Of a stretch of DNA of 64,000 nt, positions 8,229-18,892 are shown piece after piece; within the stretch, counting starts at the first letter, position 1; the number at the start of each line of letters is the position of its first letter. The stretch lies in contig JBFWOS010000001.1 of the NCBI GenBank assembly GCA_050250375.1, forward strand, positions 471,090 to 535,089, written 5' to 3'. The position numbers and the translations under genes were made by a program. Below the pieces are notes generated by a model. The model did no database searches. It was not told the DNA's origin and was given only the letters and a program-made list of their open reading frames with translations. The DNA comes from Candidatus Omnitrophota bacterium. Its GTDB lineage: Bacteria; Omnitrophota; Gorgyraeia; Zapsychrales; Zapsychraceae.

Positions 8229-10658
8229 CTAATGAATCGCTTCAAACGTCCGCATTAAATCGGATGATGGCTCAAACCCCAACATAACTGCTTCATTATA
8301 ATATTTCTTGGCTTCCAACCGGTCGCCTTTGTTATAACTTGTTATTGCCAGGTTGATCCATGCGTTCAGATGATTCGGGTTTAATTCCACTGTCTTTTGA
8401 TAAGACTTAATAGCGTCCTGCTCTTTCTCTAGCTTTAGGTAGACATTACCCAGATTGTAATACGCTTCCGGGTTGTCCGGATTGTACTGTAAAGTCGTCT
8501 TATATTTGTTAACCGCTTCCGAATATTTTCCGGACGTCTCAAAGGTATAAGCCAGATTGAAATAAGCCCGAGAATTTCTGGGATTTACTGTTATTGCTTT
8601 TTGATAATACTCCTGGGATTTTTCCAGACTGCCCCTTTGGTTATATATATTTCCTATTTTGACCAATGCATCTGAATGGCCGGGGTCATACCGGATTACC
8701 CGTGTAAAAAAATCCAACGCATCATTCCAGTTCTTGGCCTCCAGGTTAATATTCCCCAACGCATATAATGCCCTGATGTGTTTCGGATTAATCGCAAGAA
8801 CCCTTTCAAAAGTGGATTTCGCCCGAGAAAAATCATTCATTTTTGAATAGATTGATCCAAGGTTATAATAGGAATCTGCGTTCGGGGAACCTTTATTAAT
8901 GAATTTTACATAATTATCGAGTATCTGATAAATGGCAGAACGTAGCCTGATGTTGTCGGGATCAAAACGATACGCATCGTTATAAACATCAATCACTGAA
9001 ACAAACTCTTTTTCACGTATCGGCGGTAAGGCAAGATACTGATTAAAGGCCAAATAAGCTTTTTCATCCTCTTTCAAATTGGTGTACATAAGTCCCATTC
9101 GATAATAGACTATTTTATAAAAAGGATCAATGGCAATTGCCTGACGATACATTTCGATCGCGTTCATATACAATCCTAAATCCTGATAAAGACTGCCTAA
9201 CTTGAATGGAATATCGACATAGTCCGGGGCCACCAGCCTGGCTCTTTCTAAAAGGTTGATTAGATAATTAACCTTTTTAATGTTTTTCTGTGTTTCTTCC
9301 GTAAAATGCAATTCATACCCTTCCAACTTTAATTTAACAATTTTTCTAAACTCTCCTTCAGCCAGTCTGAAATCGTCATATTTTCTCAAAGCCGCCACCA
9401 ATCCATTAAGAGCAATCGGTTCGTTCGGGTAATGGATTAATTGATGCCGCCAAAGGGCCACATCATTCTGCCACACCTGGGTCTGTTTATAGGTTGTCAT
9501 GCCCATCATTGCAAAGAGAACAAAAACCAGGGCAACAGATACCGCCTTACCTGCAACCGCATATTTTTTTCCGTTCAACCATACAAATGCCCTTTGTACG
9601 GCATACCCAAACAGCAAACAAATTCCTAGGCTTGGTAAATACATAAATCTGTCGGCAACAATATTGGTATCTTTAGCCGCATCAAACCTGATCAAAAAGA
9701 ATATGGATAGCAGAAAATATAAAAAAGCAAACCGGATCCACTTGGATTTTCGCATCCGGATGAAACTAAAAATCACGATCAAAGTTACAATTACAGAAAA
9801 TAAATATTCAGGATTGTCGGCTGAGAGCGGCACTGGCAATCTGACGATCGGAACCATAATTAAGGGCAGCATAAACTGCCGAAGATAAAAAAGAAATGAC
9901 CAGCAAGACACCAGTACGGCCTGTCCGATATCCGCGAACGGCACCCGAGAATGTTCCATGTAGGTCAAAAATGTAACGGCCGCAATCATAACGAACAATG
10001 CTATTTTCTCAAGAAAAATACTTTTATCCATTCGTCTTGATTTAAACCAATCAATCAATAGAAGGATTAGCGGCAAACTCATAGCCATTGGTTTCGCAAG
10101 AATACTAAGAAGCCCGAACAAATGGGTTAAGAAATAATATATTTTCCCCGAATAACTACTTTTGTCCCGCCCCAGACAATATAACCTGCGCTCATAACAC
10201 AAAAGTGCAAGCATATAAAACAAAGAATAGAGCACATCCTTGCGTTCCGTGATCCAGGCCACTGATTCAACATGCATCGGGTGCAGTCCAAATAATAAAG
10301 CTGCCAATGCAGCAGGCGCCGAGTTCAGGCCAAACCGCACGGCCAAGAAATAAACCAATATTGTCACCAAAAGATGCAATATTAAATTGTTCACATGATA
10401 AATATAAGGATTATCTTGGAAAAAGTGGTATTCCACGGCAAAACTTAAAATTGTGAGTGGAATATATGTATGATGAACTTTCTGTGAAAATATTCTTTGA
10501 ACATTATCCTGAGTCAAAGACAATACAGATTCATTCTCATAAAGATGCGTATGGTCGTCCCATCGTAAAAAATCGGCCTTTAGAGACGGCAGGAATGAAC
10601 AAAAGATTACACCCGTCACAAATATAAGGATAAAAAAATGTTTTATAAGATTTTTCAC
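8229..10658 (-). CDS. TMTC-like GT-C membrane glycosyltransferase with C-terminal TPR repeats
   Basis: FLRWDD, YIPLT, LHPMHVESVAWITERKDVL and ADRFMYLP motifs, multiple TM segments and many TPRs. Confidence 0.85.
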   Translation of the reverse strand: MKNLIKHFFILIFVTGVIFCSFLPSLKADFLRWDDHTHLYENESVLSLTQDNVQRIFSQKVHHTYIPLTILSFAVEYHFFQDNPYIYHVNNLILHLLVTILVYFLAVRFGLNSAPAALAALLFGLHPMHVESVAWITERKDVLYSLFYMLALLCYERRLYCLGRDKSSYSGKIYYFLTHLFGLLSILAKPMAMSLPLILLLIDWFKSRRMDKSIFLEKIALFVMIAAVTFLTYMEHSRVPFADIGQAVLVSCWSFLFYLRQFMLPLIMVPIVRLPVPLSADNPEYLFSVIVTLIVIFSFIRMRKSKWIRFAFLYFLLSIFFLIRFDAAKDTNIVADRFMYLPSLGICLLFGYAVQRAFVWLNGKKYAVAGKAVSVALVFVLFAMMGMTTYKQTQVWQNDVALWRHQLIHYPNEPIALNGLVAALRKYDDFRLAEGEFRKIVKLKLEGYELHFTEETQKNIKKVNYLINLLERARLVAPDYVDIPFKLGSLYQDLGLYMNAIEMYRQAIAIDPFYKIVYYRMGLMYTNLKEDEKAYLAFNQYLALPPIREKEFVSVIDVYNDAYRFDPDNIRLRSAIYQILDNYVKFINKGSPNADSYYNLGSIYSKMNDFSRAKSTFERVLAINPKHIRALYALGNINLEAKNWNDALDFFTRVIRYDPGHSDALVKIGNIYNQRGSLEKSQEYYQKAITVNPRNSRAYFNLAYTFETSGKYSEAVNKYKTTLQYNPDNPEAYYNLGNVYLKLEKEQDAIKSYQKTVELNPNHLNAWINLAITSYNKGDRLEAKKYYNEAVMLGFEPSSDLMRTFEAIH

Positions 10659-10737
10659 TCAACTGCCCGCATATATATTTGGTTTGTGATCAAGAATGTT
10701 TATAACGAAGAAAACTAGGAATGTTACCCGGAACTAT

Positions 10738-11271
10738 TTAATATTTCAAAACGGAATAAACGTCGAAATCTTTTAGCCGGTCTTTGCCTTTCAAAAACTG
10801 TAATTCGATCAAAAAAGCGATTCCGGCCACTACCGCCTTTTGCTCGCGAATCAGTTTGGAAACAGCCTCTATCGTTCCTCCCGTGGCGAGAAGATCATCA
10901 ACGATTAATACCCGAGATTTAGGCTTAATCGCATCTTCGTGAATTTCCAGACTATCTGTTCCGTACTCCAGCGCATAGGTGACACTTTTGGTCTTCCCGG
11001 GCAATTTTCCCTTTTTACGGACAGGAACAAATCCGACTCCCAGTTTGTAAGCTAACGCCGCCCCAAAAATAAACCCGCGGGCTTCAACGCCGACGACCTG
11101 AGCAATTTTCTCATTTTTGAATTTCCGGGCTAACAGATCAATTGACTTCTTAAACGCGTCTTTATCTTTTAATAAAGTTGTTATATCTTTAAAAAGAATC
11201 CCTTCTTTCGGAAAGTCCGGAATATCCCGGATATGCCCCTTCAAATCACTTTTTCGCATTTTTGTCTTCAT
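10738..11271 (-). CDS. apt: Adenine phosphoribosyltransferase
   Basis: [20 protein letters not shown] and [10 protein letters not shown] motifs. Confidence 0.97.
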   Translation of the reverse strand: MKTKMRKSDLKGHIRDIPDFPKEGILFKDITTLLKDKDAFKKSIDLLARKFKNEKIAQVVGVEARGFIFGAALAYKLGVGFVPVRKKGKLPGKTKSVTYALEYGTDSLEIHEDAIKPKSRVLIVDDLLATGGTIEAVSKLIREQKAVVAGIAFLIELQFLKGKDRLKDFDVYSVLKY

Positions 11272-12127
11272 GATCTTTTATTTTCTGGGTTGATTCACGC
11301 TTGACGAATTTGGTAGCCAGCACCTGTTTATACGGCAATTTTACTTCCCCCCGTGAAATTTGAAACAACTTCTCAGTACCTAACCGGCCCATTTCAAGCA
11401 ATGGCTGGGAAACAGTCGTCAATTTCACGGTACTGCTTTGAATCAGCGGATTATCGTCAAAACCGATAATCGATAATTCTTCGGGTGTTTTAATCCCCAT
11501 CGTCCTAGCCACATCCCATAATTCGAGTGCCATAACATCGGAACCCGCAAAAACGGCCGTCGGACGATTTTTCAAATTTAATAATTTACGGGCGGCCGTA
11601 CGCGCTGGGGTCCTTAAAAAATCACCAAAGGTGATATACGACCTGGGAATCGTTATCCCTTTATTATCCAAAGCCTCGCGAAACCCCTCAAGTCTTTTTA
11701 AACCCGCCTGCGTTGAAACATCCCCCGCGATAGTCGCTATTTGTTTATGCCCCAGTTTTAAAAAATGCTCCACAACATTATAAGCGGCTTTCCAATTGTC
11801 GACGGCCACATAATTGATCGGCTCATCCAGAATATTGTTCAATACCATGCACGGCATGCCTCGTTGAATCGCTTTCTTGACGATAGCAACGTCATTGTCT
11901 ATATCAGCAAATATAATCCCATCAATATAATTCTTATCCATAAGCGTGGAATCCAGCCAGCCGCGATGGTCGGAACGGTCGACAATATGAATGAGATAAT
12001 CGGCACTTAACCGGCTTGCGGAAAGGCTCACCCCGCGGATAATTTCTCCGGCATAGTAAGAATGGAAGATGTCTTCAAAACGGGGTATGACTAATACAAA
12101 TGTGGGTTTTCGTTTTCGACTAATCAA
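11246..12127 (-). CDS. LacI/PurR-family ligand-binding domain protein lacking the N-terminal HTH (probable TTG start at 12127)
   Basis: [41 protein letters not shown] and LTTVSQP motifs. No HTH even in the longest ORF (start 12190). Confidence 0.8.
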   Translation of the reverse strand: MISRKRKPTFVLVIPRFEDIFHSYYAGEIIRGVSLSASRLSADYLIHIVDRSDHRGWLDSTLMDKNYIDGIIFADIDNDVAIVKKAIQRGMPCMVLNNILDEPINYVAVDNWKAAYNVVEHFLKLGHKQIATIAGDVSTQAGLKRLEGFREALDNKGITIPRSYITFGDFLRTPARTAARKLLNLKNRPTAVFAGSDVMALELWDVARTMGIKTPEELSIIGFDDNPLIQSSTVKLTTVSQPLLEMGRLGTEKLFQISRGEVKLPYKQVLATKFVKRESTQKIKDHEDKNAKK

Positions 12128-12944
12128 CTTCTTGATTTTTTTCTTTTTGTTCGATGATTTGTCTAATTTTTTTAATGGTCCCGGCTTCAATCTGGCGAAC
12201 GCGTTCTCTTGATATACCCAATGCCTTGGCTATTTCTGCGAGCGTTCTGGCCTCACCATCCGACAGGCCGTAACGCATTTCAAGAATTTTTCGTTCGCGC
12301 TCATTGAGCATTTCAAGAAATCCCATCGCCCGCTCTTTATTAAAGAATTTTTCCAATTCTTCATCGGGAGCGACGATATTATGATCCTGAATAATATCTT
12401 TGACCTGTCCGTCCCCCTCTTCCCCGATTGGGGCGTCAAGGCTCGACATCTTGGCGATTGAATTCTCAAGTTCACGGACTTTATCAACCGGAACTTTCAA
12501 TTTTTTAGCAATCTCACCGACTCTGGGTTTTCGTTTAAATTGATGTGTTAATTTCTCAACCACTTTTTTATATTTAAGAATGTCCTCGTTCATATAAACC
12601 GGGACACGTATCATCTTCCCTTGATCAATGATCGCCCGGGAAATACCCTGCTTAATCCACCAAGCGGCATAGGTAGAGAAGCGGAATCCTTTTTCGGGAT
12701 CAAACTTTTCCACACTTTTCATCAAACCGATGTTTCCCTCTTCGATTAAATCACTTAGAGGGACCCCCAAATTTACATATCTTTTGGCAATACTGATAAC
12801 CAAACGTAAATTTGAGCGAATCATCTGATTACGAGCGTCCTGGTCTCCTTTTTGCACTTTCCGAGACAAAGTCACTTCTTCTTCCGCCGTCAAAAGGGGT
12901 ATCGGTCTGACATCTTTCAAATATGCTTTTATAGGATCTGTCAT
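12120..12944 (-). CDS. RNA polymerase sigma-70 factor, RpoD/RpoS-like, lacking region 1.1
   Basis: DPIKAYLK, NLRLVISIAKRY, GFRFSTYAAWWI and ISRERVRQIE; 274 aa. Confidence 0.93.
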   Translation of the reverse strand: MTDPIKAYLKDVRPIPLLTAEEEVTLSRKVQKGDQDARNQMIRSNLRLVISIAKRYVNLGVPLSDLIEEGNIGLMKSVEKFDPEKGFRFSTYAAWWIKQGISRAIIDQGKMIRVPVYMNEDILKYKKVVEKLTHQFKRKPRVGEIAKKLKVPVDKVRELENSIAKMSSLDAPIGEEGDGQVKDIIQDHNIVAPDEELEKFFNKERAMGFLEMLNERERKILEMRYGLSDGEARTLAEIAKALGISRERVRQIEAGTIKKIRQIIEQKEKNQEVD

Positions 12945-12950
12945 AAGGGC

Positions 12951-15677
12951 TTATTTCTTTTTCTGGTTAGTCGTTTTACTGCTCCCGTTGGCTTCAATAG
13001 CCGCTTGCGCTGCCGCCAGCCGGGCAATCGGAACTCGATACGGCGAACAACTGACATAATTCAAACCGACACGGGCAAAGAATTTGACAGATTCCTGATC
13101 CCCGCCGTGTTCACCGCAAACTCCGCACTTCAGGTCTTTACGAATCGACCGTCCTCTTTCAACACCGGTCTGAACAAGTTGGCCAACGCCTTCTTGATCA
13201 ATCGATGCAAACGGATCATCCTGAAGTATTTTCTTTTGTAAATATTCAGGCAAGAAAGTACCGATATCATCCCGACTGAAACCGAATGTCATTTGCGTCA
13301 AATCATTGGTTCCAAAAGAAAAGAATTCGGCATCTTTAGCCACTTTATCAGCGATCAAAGTCGCACGCGGAATTTCCATCATTGTTCCAACAAGGTATTT
13401 GATCTTTGAATTTTTCATCTTAATAATTTCATCTGCCGTCTTTCGTGTTATTTCCGCCAGCATTTGAAATTCTTTATCTGTTCCGATCAAAGGTATCATA
13501 ATTTCAGGAATAACTTTGACTCCTTTTTGAGCGACATTACAAGCGGCTTCAATAATGGCCGTAACCTGCATCCGGCAAATTTCCGGATAAGTGATCGATA
13601 ATCGGCACCCCCTGTGTCCTAACATAGGATTAAATTCATGCAGTGCCTCGACCTTATGTTTGACTATGGCCGGAGTCGTATTTAATCTCTTTGCCATTTC
13701 TGCCTGTCCGACCTTATCATGCGGTAAGAACTCGTGCAATGGCGGATCTAATAATCGGATGGTGACCGGGTGGCCATCCATGGCTTTAAAAATCCCTTCG
13801 AAATCTTTTCTCTGATAAGGCAATAATTTGGCCAAGGCTTTTTCTCGACCGGCAATGTCTGATGCTAAAATCATTTCCCGAATAGCCCAAATACGGTCCC
13901 CTTCAAAGAACATATGTTCTGTTCGGCACAATCCGATACCCTCAGCCCCTAATTTCCGGGCATTCAGGGAATCCTTTGGCGAATCCGCGTTGGTTCGTAT
14001 GTCCAATTGTCGATATTTATCCGTCCAACTCATAATTTCGGAATACATCTTGCAAATCGGGTGATTGAGGGCTTTCTTGTCTCCATCAACAATGCCTGAA
14101 ACAACAGGTGACGCTGACGTTTCGACATATCCAACGATAATTTCCCCCGTACTACCATCGATGGAGATTTCGTCCCCTTCGCGCACAATACGAGACCCCA
14201 CGGAGATTAGTTTTTTCTTATAATCAATCTGTAAAGCCCCACATCCAACGACACAACACTTTCCCCATCCACGAGCGACAACAGCGGCATGAGATGTCAT
14301 CCCGCCGGTTGAGGTCAGGATTGCCTGCGCGGCCCACATCCCGCTGACATCTTCCGGAGATGTCTCTTTTCGGACAAGGATTACTTTCTCCCCTTTGGCC
14401 GCCCATTTTACCGCTTCATCGGCGGAAAAAACAACCAAGCCACTGGCTGCACCAGGACCTGCTGGGAGACCTTTAGCCAATAATCGATTTTCCGTTAAGG
14501 CGGATTGTTTGGCTTTAGGATTAAAAATCGGGAATAACAGCTGGTTCAATTGATCCCCATGAATTCGTTTTAAAGCCGTTTTTTCATCAATTAATCCTTC
14601 TTTAACCATATCCACTGCGATTTTAATCGCAGCCAGACCTGTCCGTTTACCATTTCTGGTTTGAAGCATAAACAGCTTACCTTCCTGAATGGTAAATTCA
14701 ACGTCCTGCATATCTTTATAATGCCTTTCCAGCATCAACCGAATTTTATTAAGTTCTTCATAAATCACCGGCATCTTTTTCTTAAGTGTGGAAATCGGTT
14801 CTGGCGTCCGAATTCCAGCCACAACGTCTTCACCCTGGGCATTGATCAAATATTCCCCGTAAAATTCATCAGTACCGTCAGCAGGATTGCGGGTAAAGGC
14901 TACTCCTGTACCCGAACTGTCCCCCATATTTCCATAAGCCATGGCCTGTACGTTTACGGCGGTACCTTTTAATCCGCGCAATTTATTAATGTCGCGGTAT
15001 GCAATGGCTCTATCAGCGTTCCAGGAACGGATAACAGCGTTAATAGAATGGGTTAATTGTTCCCGGGCATTTGTCGGAAAATCTTTACCAACATACTTTT
15101 TGTAAACCGCTTTATAGGCGCCTACAACTTCTTTTAACTCAGCGGCCGTTAAATCTGTATCCAACGCTCTGTTATATTTTTTCTTAATGCGGGTTAGCTC
15201 TTCTTCAAAATGATCATGATGGACTTCCATACAAACGTCCCCGAACATGTTGATGAATCTTCGGTAAGAATCCCACGCCATACGTTCATTATTTGTTTTC
15301 TTTGCGAGACCAATGACGGCCTCATCATTAATCCCGAGATTAAGGACTGTATCCATCATGCCGGGCATTGATACCGCTGCCCCGGAACGCACAGAAACCA
15401 AAAGCGGGTTTTCGGCGTCTCCAAACTTTGCATTCATGGCCTTTTCAAGTTTCTTGATATTTGCATCAATTTCTTTATCGAGAGTGTCCGGCTTTTTCTG
15501 ACCATTGGAGTAATAATAATCACAAACCGTCGTCGCAATCGTAAATCCAGGCGGAACAGGAACACCGATTGATGACATTTCCGCCAAATTCGCCCCTTTA
15601 CCACCTAATTCCTCTTTCATACTTGCCTTGCCTTCGGCTGTTCCGTTACCGAAGAAATACACATACTTCTTTGACAT
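12951..15677 (-). CDS. ppdK: Pyruvate, phosphate dikinase
   Basis: LGGKGANLAEM, SMPGMMDT, GGMTSHAAVVARG, GIGLCRTEHMF, FSFGTNDLTQ and CGEHGG motifs. Confidence 0.98.
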   Translation of the reverse strand: MSKKYVYFFGNGTAEGKASMKEELGGKGANLAEMSSIGVPVPPGFTIATTVCDYYYSNGQKKPDTLDKEIDANIKKLEKAMNAKFGDAENPLLVSVRSGAAVSMPGMMDTVLNLGINDEAVIGLAKKTNNERMAWDSYRRFINMFGDVCMEVHHDHFEEELTRIKKKYNRALDTDLTAAELKEVVGAYKAVYKKYVGKDFPTNAREQLTHSINAVIRSWNADRAIAYRDINKLRGLKGTAVNVQAMAYGNMGDSSGTGVAFTRNPADGTDEFYGEYLINAQGEDVVAGIRTPEPISTLKKKMPVIYEELNKIRLMLERHYKDMQDVEFTIQEGKLFMLQTRNGKRTGLAAIKIAVDMVKEGLIDEKTALKRIHGDQLNQLLFPIFNPKAKQSALTENRLLAKGLPAGPGAASGLVVFSADEAVKWAAKGEKVILVRKETSPEDVSGMWAAQAILTSTGGMTSHAAVVARGWGKCCVVGCGALQIDYKKKLISVGSRIVREGDEISIDGSTGEIIVGYVETSASPVVSGIVDGDKKALNHPICKMYSEIMSWTDKYRQLDIRTNADSPKDSLNARKLGAEGIGLCRTEHMFFEGDRIWAIREMILASDIAGREKALAKLLPYQRKDFEGIFKAMDGHPVTIRLLDPPLHEFLPHDKVGQAEMAKRLNTTPAIVKHKVEALHEFNPMLGHRGCRLSITYPEICRMQVTAIIEAACNVAQKGVKVIPEIMIPLIGTDKEFQMLAEITRKTADEIIKMKNSKIKYLVGTMMEIPRATLIADKVAKDAEFFSFGTNDLTQMTFGFSRDDIGTFLPEYLQKKILQDDPFASIDQEGVGQLVQTGVERGRSIRKDLKCGVCGEHGGDQESVKFFARVGLNYVSCSPYRVPIARLAAAQAAIEANGSSKTTNQKKK

Positions 15678-15703
15678 TTGAGTTCGACCTTTCTTTAGTG
15701 AGA

Positions 15704-17011
15704 TTAACTGGATAATTTTTCTTGAATAAATTTTTTTAATTGATCAACCGGGATTCGTTCTTGACGCATGGTATCCCTGTCCCGGACTGTAACTTTCTTG
15801 TCTTCTAAAGACTCCACATCAACCGTAACACAAAAAAACGTTCCGACTTCGTCCTGACGCCGGTAAAGTTTTCCAATAGCGGCTGTGTCATCATAGACAC
15901 AGGTATAATTTCTCTGCAAATCCCCTTTAATAGCGTGGGCCAGATTAACGATATCATCATTTTTCTTAAGTAAGGGCAATACCGCAATCTTTGTCGGGGC
16001 TAAATCCTTATGCAACTTTAGAACGACTCTAGGGCGGCCTTCCACTTCTTCTTCATGATACGCATCAGCTAAAAAAGCCAATGTCGCCCGATCCACACCG
16101 CCAGACGGTTCAATTACATAAGGATAAAATTTATCATTCGTAATCTTATCATGATATCTTAAATCTTTGCCTGATAAATTCGCATGTTGTTTCAGGTCAT
16201 AATCCGTACGATTGGCAATTCCTTCCAATTCAGACCATCCAAACGGAAATTTATATTCCACGTCCGTGCAACCCTTGGCATAATGCGCCAATTCATCATC
16301 AGCGTGCTTTCTGAGCTTTAAGTTTTCTTTTCGAATCCCTAAATTCACATACCATAAAAAACGTTCTTCGATCCACTTCTGGTAACAATCATCCGATTGC
16401 TCAGCCGTCGTAAAATATTCGATCTCCATTTGCTCAAATTCACGCATTCTGAAAACAAAATTACCCGCTGTAATTTCATTACGAAAAGATTTGCCGATCT
16501 GGGCAATACCAAATGGCAGGCGTCGGCTTGAAGAGTCCAGAACATTCTTGAAGTTGACAAATATTCCCTGGGCTGTTTCCGGCCTGAGGTACACCTCAGC
16601 ACTAGTATCTTCAACCGCGCCAAGAAAAGTTTTTAACATCAGATTAAATGCCCTCGGCTCGGTGAACTGCGTTCCAACCTTGGCTTTCTCTTCTTCGCTC
16701 AAATGATCGTAACGATACCTTTTCTTGGTTTTCTTATCGTCAACTAAAAGATCGGTAAAGTTTTCAGCATGGCCGGATGCTTTCCAAGTGTCTGGATGCA
16801 TCAATATGGCGGCGTCCAGTCCAACCATGTCATCCCGGCTATGGACAACTCTCTTCCACCAGGCGTTCTTGACATTACGTTTAAGTTCGGCGCCTAAAGG
16901 ACCATAGTCCCAAGCATTGGCTAGACCACCGTAAATTTCCGATGATTGAAAAATGAAACCACGTCTTTTACAAAGTGAAACTAATTTTTCCATTAAATCA
17001 TTGGTGTGCAT
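15704..17011 (-). CDS. glyQS: Glycine--tRNA ligase, homodimeric (alpha2) type
   Basis: KRRGF..SSEIYGG, LRPETAQGIF, GKSFRNEI and YRRQDEVGT motifs. Confidence 0.96.
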   Translation of the reverse strand: MHTNDLMEKLVSLCKRRGFIFQSSEIYGGLANAWDYGPLGAELKRNVKNAWWKRVVHSRDDMVGLDAAILMHPDTWKASGHAENFTDLLVDDKKTKKRYRYDHLSEEEKAKVGTQFTEPRAFNLMLKTFLGAVEDTSAEVYLRPETAQGIFVNFKNVLDSSSRRLPFGIAQIGKSFRNEITAGNFVFRMREFEQMEIEYFTTAEQSDDCYQKWIEERFLWYVNLGIRKENLKLRKHADDELAHYAKGCTDVEYKFPFGWSELEGIANRTDYDLKQHANLSGKDLRYHDKITNDKFYPYVIEPSGGVDRATLAFLADAYHEEEVEGRPRVVLKLHKDLAPTKIAVLPLLKKNDDIVNLAHAIKGDLQRNYTCVYDDTAAIGKLYRRQDEVGTFFCVTVDVESLEDKKVTVRDRDTMRQERIPVDQLKKFIQEKLSS

Positions 17012-17019
17012 GGAAAGTT

Positions 17020-17047
17020 ATTCTAACAAATGTTTATCAAAAAGCAA
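17020..17047 (-). promoter_or_regulatory. Putative promoter directly before glyQS (leaderless-type spacing)
   Basis: TTGCTT-16 nt-TAGAAT with an extended TG, 8 nt before the ATG, with no SD. Confidence 0.55.
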
Positions 17048-17080
17048 GAAATATGTAACTTCTGTATATATTTATTAATA

Positions 17081-18064
17081 TTATATTAATTCACTGACAC
17101 TTCGTTTGCGGGCACCCCTTAGGCGGTCAATGATGACTTGTTCTTCACTAGGCTTGCTTTTCCAGCGCTTATGAATCCACCCTCCCCATTCATGAGGATA
17201 TTTTCTGACATAATTTTCAATTACCCTTGTAATCATAGCCACATTTTTGTGGATAATGTCTTGTTCGTCATATCCTCGTTCTAGAACAAGTTCAGGCTCA
17301 ATAATAATCTTAAAACTTATTTCTCCTTCGTCCTGAAGGCAAAATATCGGCAATATTGGGGACTTGGTCCTTAAGGAAAACACCACCGGGCCGGTGGCCG
17401 TGGCCGCAGGCCGGCCAAAAAAATCCACAAAAACTCTGCCTTGGCTGCCATAATTCTGATCAAGAAGAATAATCAAGACCTCATTATTCCTTAAAGCCTT
17501 AATTGATTCAACAACACATTTCTTTGCAGGCAAGTCATAAATCGTTTTAATTCCCGATTCATCTCGAAGCTCCGAGATATATTGTTCAAAAACCTGGTCA
17601 CGCACCCGGCGCATGATAACGTTTGTCTTGTACCCTGCACGCACGAGTTTCTGATACATGAGTATAAAGTTTCCAAAATGCCCTCCGGTGAGGATAACCC
17701 CGTTTCCTTTGGCAAGTGCCCGGTCCAGATGTTCCTGACCGATAATCCTTATATTCTGGTCAGATAAACCCTGGCGATCAACGTAATAAAGAAGATCGAC
17801 CATTCCGCGGCCAAAATTCTGAAAATACTGCTTTGCAATTTTCTTTATATCCTTATTACTCATTTCCCGTCCAAAGGCGTATTTCAAATTCTGTAAGGCT
17901 GTTTGCCTTTTCTTATACATCACTAGTTTGCCGATTTGTAAAAAAACATGGGAAATAACTCGATAGACCGGATAAGGTAACCGCTTGATGATTCCCCGCA
18001 TAAAAAAAAGCATATTTCTGCCAAGGGCGCGATAAAAAAGTTTAAGGTATTTTGTTATCATCAT
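17081..18064 (-). CDS. Lipid A biosynthesis acyltransferase (LpxL/HtrB family)
   Basis: GVILTGGHFGNF, LLDQ, VDFFGRPA and YPHEW..W.HKRWK motifs. Confidence 0.85.
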   Translation of the reverse strand: MMITKYLKLFYRALGRNMLFFMRGIIKRLPYPVYRVISHVFLQIGKLVMYKKRQTALQNLKYAFGREMSNKDIKKIAKQYFQNFGRGMVDLLYYVDRQGLSDQNIRIIGQEHLDRALAKGNGVILTGGHFGNFILMYQKLVRAGYKTNVIMRRVRDQVFEQYISELRDESGIKTIYDLPAKKCVVESIKALRNNEVLIILLDQNYGSQGRVFVDFFGRPAATATGPVVFSLRTKSPILPIFCLQDEGEISFKIIIEPELVLERGYDEQDIIHKNVAMITRVIENYVRKYPHEWGGWIHKRWKSKPSEEQVIIDRLRGARKRSVSELI

Positions 18065-18888
18065 TTAACCTGTAATTGATCCAGCTGTTTCGGGTCAATC
18101 GTAAAACTGTGGTTTCTGTCAGGAAATTTCCCCTTATCCACGTCTGAACAAAATTCATCGAGACTTTTCGCAATTAACTCATTCAACCGATTGTATTGTT
18201 TGACAAATTTCGGATGAAACCGGTCATACAAACCCAACAGATCATGCGTGACCAAAACTTGCCCGTCACAATCAACCCCGGCTCCTATTCCGATGGTGGG
18301 AATCTTTAAAGTCTTTGAAATAATATGGGCGATTTCACTGGGTATACATTCCAGGACAACACTAAAACAACCGCTCGTTTCTAAAATGATGGCCTGATCA
18401 ATAATAGCTTGCGCCGATCGGGCATCCTTACCTTGCACCTTGAAATTCTCAGCGGTTTGTGGGGTTAATCCGACATGCCCCATGACGGCAGTCCCCGAAT
18501 CATGAATGGCCTTGGCTATATCAGGACAATTTTCAAACCATTCCAATTTTACAGCATCACAACCTATTTCAATAAATTTCTTGGCATTTCGGACGGCCAG
18601 TCCTTTATTTTGATACGAACCATAGGGTAAATCTCCAATAACAATCGCTCGCTGAACAGCCCTGCAAACCGCTTTTGCATGATGAAGCATCTCTGCCATA
18701 CCGATTTCTTTAGTTGATTCGAGACCCAACACGACATTCGCCAATGAGTCCCCGACCAGAATTAAATCGACCCCTGATTGATCAATTAATTTCGCCATGG
18801 GATAATCATAAGCTGTGAGCATTTTTATCTTTTGCTTATTTTTTTTCTTCTTAAGGACATTCTGAATCGTATTTTTTTGAAGAGACAT
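18061..18888 (-). CDS. panB: 3-methyl-2-oxobutanoate hydroxymethyltransferase
   Basis: MLTAYD, LVGDSL, GHVGLTPQ and IGIGAG..CDGQVLV motifs. Confidence 0.97.
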   Translation of the reverse strand: MSLQKNTIQNVLKKKKNKQKIKMLTAYDYPMAKLIDQSGVDLILVGDSLANVVLGLESTKEIGMAEMLHHAKAVCRAVQRAIVIGDLPYGSYQNKGLAVRNAKKFIEIGCDAVKLEWFENCPDIAKAIHDSGTAVMGHVGLTPQTAENFKVQGKDARSAQAIIDQAIILETSGCFSVVLECIPSEIAHIISKTLKIPTIGIGAGVDCDGQVLVTHDLLGLYDRFHPKFVKQYNRLNELIAKSLDEFCSDVDKGKFPDRNHSFTIDPKQLDQLQVK

Positions 18889-18892
18889 CGGC

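Noticed and set aside
8130-8230. tRNA-Arg as the integration site of a genomic island
   Set aside because: No integrase, and I saw no duplicated tRNA 3' end elsewhere in the window.
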